Origin: Vicugna vicugna
Taxonomy: Eukaryota
Assembly: GCA_013265495.1 (NCBI GenBank)
Contig: MU062417.1
Coordinates: forward strand, 4,712,001 to 4,776,000
Reading direction: 5' to 3'
Length of the DNA: 64,000 nt
Each line of letters begins with the position of its first letter. Position 1 is the stretch's first letter. The notes under the pieces are model-generated. The model was not told the DNA's origin. It searched no databases and saw nothing but the letters and a program-made list of their open reading frames with translations. Both the position numbers and the translations under genes were made by a program. Shown in pieces: positions 63,252 through 64,000 of the stretch.

Positions 63252-63765
63252 GACCATTGACAAATGAATGGATAAAGATGTGGTACATATATATATAATG
63301 GAATATTACTCAGTCTTAAAAAAGAATAAAATAATGCCATTTGCAGCAACACAGATGGACCTAGAGATTATCATATTAAGTGAAGAAAATCAGACAGAGA
63401 AAGACAAGTATCATATGATACCATTCATATCTGGAATCCAAAAATGATACAAATGAACTTATTTACAAAACAGAAAGAGACTCACAGACTAGAAAACAAA
63501 CTTATGGCTACCAAAGGGGAAAATGGGGGGGGGGCATAAATTAGGAGTTTGGGATTAGCAGGTACAAACTACTTTACATAGAAAATAAACAACAGTGTCT
63601 TACTGTACAGCACAGGGAACTACATTCAATATTTGCAATAACCTATAATAGAAAAGACTCTGAAAAAGAATATATATATAAAACTGAATCACCATGCTGT
63701 ATACTAGAAACTAACATAACACTGTAAATCAACTGCATTTCAATAAATAAATAAATAAAGCCCTA
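63252..63765 (+). mobile_element. 5'-truncated L1 3' end
   Basis: gacaaatgaatggataaagatgtggtac...atgccatttgcagcaac...caataaataaataaataaa; flanked by (t/c)tggacaa at 63244-63251 and 63773-63780. Confidence 0.92.
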
Positions 63766-64000
63766 AAAAAAACTGGACAAAAATTCCCTGATTAATATAG
63801 TCAAATTTTTCCCTTCTAGACTCAACTTTATCATATTTGTTTAATTTCACAATAAGCTACAAGTTCATAATGTATATAGAAATGGTTCCATGTTAGATAA
63901 GACGTTTCTAGTGACATCTAGGAAGGGCCTCTCGGTCTTACCAGTAAATTTCCTCTCATTCACATTTCAGATTTATTCATTAGTTCAACAAATAGTTGTT

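Overview
Mammalian genomic DNA. The L1 3' ends and LTR families look cetartiodactyl and probably camelid; this is an inference from repeat style. The window holds one protein-coding gene, DUSP4 (MKP-2), on the minus strand. Its four coding exons are 31396-30964, 22094-21949, 20941-20722 and 20093-19708, totalling 1185 nt (394 aa), and all introns are GT-AG. The 3' UTR is about 3.7 kb and ends near 15990, and a CpG island spans about 28.9-34.3 kb. A 132-nt N run hides the catalytic motif and is exactly the length of the missing 44 codons. The left 12 kb holds two decayed ERV1-type proviruses in convergent orientation with nested L1 pieces. The right 30 kb is gene-free and repeat-rich (L1, L2, MIR, MLT1, solo LTRs). 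No CRISPR, rRNA or tRNA genes were seen, and nothing resembles a wholly new system. The best leads are regulatory: (1) an in-frame alternative first coding exon in intron 1 that would give a DUSP4 lacking the MAPK-docking domain; (2) an ATG-TAA start-stop element that is the only uATG in the 5' leader; (3) two CIC octamers bracketing a CRE; (4) a second promoter-like module 2.3-2.5 kb upstream that may point away from DUSP4; (5) paired Pumilio elements and AREs at the 3' end. Repeat boundaries and family names were judged by eye and are approximate.
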